DNA of 63,837 nt, counting the filler, from Globobulimina sp. (Eukaryota), in assembly GCA_003354225.1 (NCBI GenBank). It is 26 parts of 26 records of this genome, joined end to end, with 100 filler letters (N's around TTAATTAATTAA, not from the genome) between each part and the next. Parts side by side here need not be neighbours in the genome. Positions count along the whole stretch, not along the records: positions 59,023 to 61,380 come from PIVH01007171.1; positions 61,481 to 63,837 come from PIVH01007172.1; 24 more parts are not named here. One strand, 5' to 3'. The notes under the pieces were generated by a model. It worked only from the letters and a program-made list of their open reading frames with translations. It was not told where the DNA came from and searched no databases. Below are positions 60,860 through 63,837 of this stretch, piece after piece; position 1 is the first letter of the stretch; every line of letters starts with the position of its first letter. A program made the position numbers and the translations under genes.

Positions 60860-60931
60860 GATGCAGAGGTTAGTAAATTAAGTAGAAAATGAAAAGAATT
60901 ACAAGAGTGTGTACATGACAGTTATGATTGT

Positions 60932-61170
60932 TTATTTTGCAAGGCTTTGTTTGCCGTATTTCTTTTCAAATCTATCCAATGCTCTGGCTCCAATAAAAGA
61001 ATTAACTTCCCAGATATCTGCGATTGGCTGTTGAGTGTAAGGTAGTGTTTGTTGATAGTTAGCTGGCCCGTGTTCAGGGGTAAAAGTTATATCTTTAATA
61101 GAATCATTTTTCATTTGTTTGTCAAATATACCATCCCACCATGCCTCAAAGCCTTCAGTGTATGATTTCC
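60932..61170 (-). CDS. C-terminus of a xylose-isomerase-like TIM-barrel (sugar phosphate isomerase/epimerase) protein
   Basis: WKSYTEGFEAWWDGI..TFTPEHGPANYQQTLPYTQQPIADIWEVN. Confidence 0.65.
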
Positions 61171-61380
61171 AACCAAGGAGGGACTGCTGCAGCGGAGTCA
61201 GCTTTAGGGCATCTTCTTTCGTGATAGACAAACAAGCTGCTTCTTCAGGAACAAGCTACCTTGACAGAAAAGAGAGATGACACCCTTCTCGCCAACGATC
61301 TTGTGTGCTGTTGGGGCCTCCACCGTGAATTACTTTCCCACTGTATATGAGCACCGACCCAGCAGGCATGGCTGCTTGCA
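61160..61380 (-). pseudogene. Phytanoyl-CoA dioxygenase (PhyH) family C-terminal fragment with in-frame TAG at 61256-61258
   Basis: AAMPAGSVLIYSGKVIHGGGPN..R..HLSFLSR*LVPEE..LSI..LTPLQQSLLGW. Confidence 0.7.
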
Positions 61381-61480
61381 NNNNNNNNNNNNNNNNNNNN
61401 NNNNNNNNNNNNNNNNNNNNNNNNTTAATTAATTAANNNNNNNNNNNNNNNNNNNNNNNNNNNNNNNNNNNNNNNNNNNN

Positions 61481-61830
61481 AGTGACGGCATTCTCAGTGG
61501 AAATGGAGAAATTATACCATTCGACATCTGATAAATATTTTGAACATAACCATATTATCCGACGCATTGATTCGCATTTATGCATTGATGTGGTTTTACT
61601 GGCATTAAAACAATAAACATCATGTTTTAATTTATTTATTATTTCAACTGGGTTATTGCCATTATTTTGAATAAATTCCTTTAATGCTTGTAACTCATTT
61701 AAAAGTGCTTGCTGTCGATTGTATTCTTCTTCTTTCCTTCGGTGTGTCATGGATTCTTCATTTGTTTTCTCCTCCGCCCTTCTTTTCTCTTCATCGCAAT
61801 CTCTGCTTCGAAGTGAAATAGAATCTAAAC
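61481..61830 (-). CDS. Hypothetical coiled-coil protein fragment
   Basis: Charged helical ORF open to the contig end. Confidence 0.4.
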
Positions 61831-62011
61831 AGAAATTTCTGTTAAATTATTAAATTATTCTATATATATTAAATTTATTGTTACAAATTCAACAAATAAT
61901 AACCTTTGACTTTGAGTGAGTGTAAGTGTATATGCTGAGATGATACGTCTGTGGCTCTGACTATGTTTGCTCACAAAACGGTTGAAACACAGACGATGCA
62001 GTTTCATTCCA

Positions 62012-62210
62012 GTTAATAATAAAATGTTAAAGGTAACATTTAACTTTTTGCTTTTCAGTTTGAAATTACTGTTTTGTACTGTAAACTCTTTGAATTTACA
62101 GTTTTTTACAGATTATTCAAAATAAAAACATTGAAAGTCAAAATTGAATTGTTAAGGTTGTGTTTCATCGGGAACCATTAACATTTTATTATTAACCTAT
62201 TTTCCTTCCC
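62012..62210. mobile_element. MITE related to the one at 54295-54526, left TIR truncated
   Basis: gttaataataaaatgttaa.ggt versus accattaacattttattattaacctattttccttcc. Confidence 0.6.
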
Positions 62211-62976
62211 AAAAGTTTTTGATTAATTAAATTATTCTGTATCTAGTCATTTTATATCGGAGATGTTGGTAATTTGGCAACTTCCATAAACCTCGTACAC
62301 CAATCGTTATTTTTTATTGTATACCAATCGTGATTTTTTATTGTATACAAAAAAAACCAATGGTGCATAAATTTGATCATACATACCGCTGTGATCATAC
62401 ATATAATCATACATAATCATAATTTGATTGGATACACAAAGTACTATACGGCAAGTTGCTATTCCTTCAGTACAAGAAATACCAGACACACCACCACAAT
62501 TACCACATGTACACATTACCACAATGCCACAAATACAATTAATAACATGATATCTAATAAAAATAATACATATGAAGTATTAAATGGTATGCCTTCATTG
62601 GTATAATGAAGTAAATGAACCGTACCTTGCGTTTTTGATAGTCACTAACTCAGGCCTTAATTGCAATAAATTGCAATAGCAAGGTACCTAGATCCTAGGT
62701 CTCAATTGTTATTGCGCAATATAAGAACAACCCATTATAACAAACACAGAACAAACCCAAGACAAACCTATAGAAAACCGTTTCTGGATTTGCAAATTAT
62801 CGACCAGGGGGTTATCTTTTTGGAATATATCCATGACTACTAGTCATAAGTCATGTATATCGTTCAAATGAGAAACGTCAATTTGTTTTGTTTACGGTAT
62901 ATATTTTACAAAAAAAAAAGAATTTTAAATAAACATTTTTGAAAATTAATTACAATTTAATTCATTATTTGTATTT

Positions 62977-63722
62977 TCAAAAAGCGTCCACATTTAGCAA
63001 TACAATTACAACCACAGCGGTAAATATTAAGCCGGCAACTATCCAAATTATTTTGTCGGTCATTACTCGCCTTACCATAATTTTCAAAATTCTCTTTGCT
63101 CGCTCTAATTCATCATCGATGTCCTCCAATTTAATGCCAATCCGTTTAATTTGATCAGTTTGATTTGCTACATGTTGGGCAACATCCTGTGCCTCATTTT
63201 GTGTTTGCTCTACATCGATGATGACACGATCCAATATTTGTATATCTTCGTTTTGTATATTTTTCGCATAATCGATTATTTCATCTTCATTCATTGCATC
63301 TAAATTGTCATATTTCTCTTCTTTTCCTTGAGAATTGTTGTTTTGCCTATTAATATGCTCGTTTTTTGCCCATTTTAGGTCACTTTTCAACTTTTTCAAA
63401 TCTCTTGCTCTGTCTTTTAGCATTTGTCTGACTTGTAATCGATGCTCGGTTTCCATGTCACGAGTTTCAATTTCTATTCGTTTTATTATATTTTTGCATT
63501 GTTTCAAATCAAATTTACATTTCTCCACAGTCTAATTTACATATTTGTTTCTCTTCATTTTCGGAATTGCATTATTTTCAAAAAATACATATAGACAAAC
63601 ACTAAGTCACTAACAGAGTCTCTTTCCTTCGAAGAGTGTGCTATTTTTACTTTGTTTATCAATTTTTCTGCTTTTTGAAATATTTGCAGCAGTTCAATTT
63701 CCTCCTCTTTTACTTCAAGCAT
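62977..63722 (-). CDS. Qb-SNARE, NPSN/Vti1-like; exons 63615-63722 and 62977-63531
   Basis: N-terminal helical bundle, SNARE motif with central Q (VANQTDQIKRI), RRVMTDKII plus C-terminal TM; GT-AG intron 63532-63614. Confidence 0.85.
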
Positions 63723-63837
63723 GATTCAACGGCAAATGTAGTACACAGTTGTGAAGTTTTGGAAATGTTCAGAACTTCGTTTTTTTTTTTATTGTTTCGA
63801 GATGTCATACACAGATCAAGTCCTCCTATCACCTATG

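Noticed and set aside
61256-61258. Genome-wide stop-codon reassignment
   Set aside because: Single instance. Long conserved ORFs contain no internal stops and end at TAA, TAG or TGA.
2362-61480. Regularly spaced TTAATTAATTAA palindrome as a biological repeat or array
   Set aside because: Always embedded in 44+44 Ns; it is an assembly joining linker. ORFs ending in X...LIN are artefacts of it.

Overview
This window is not one locus. It is 26 unrelated contigs of about 2.36 kb, sorted by decreasing length (2361 to 2357 bp) and joined by identical 100-bp artificial spacers (N44-TTAATTAATTAA-N44), so no linkage can be inferred across spacers. Most contigs are AT-rich, gene-dense eukaryotic DNA in the standard code with short (about 50-85 nt) GT-AG introns. 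The protein families resemble those of a foraminiferan or other rhizarian protist (inference). There are also GC-rich bacterial fragments fused to eukaryotic DNA (probable amplification chimeras) and at least one animal-like contig. Recognisable genes: ssSPT-like microprotein, kelch protein, MATE transporter, PX-START protein, peroxisomal thiolase, YME1/FtsH, SPRY-RING ligase, vWA protein, WDR60, tectonin lectin, SLC38 transporter, GT77, TRP-like channel, F-box/LRR, flavocytochrome b2 and a Qb-SNARE. The most interesting items are a voltage-sensor module of the protist channel-adenylyl-cyclase type followed by an RGS domain instead of a cyclase (24606-26610), a nested palindrome with iterated AGTTT(G/C)AAACT sites beside orphan ORFs (12306-13494), and a PTS1-bearing flavocytochrome b2. 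All calls are by-eye motif recognition; no searches were run.
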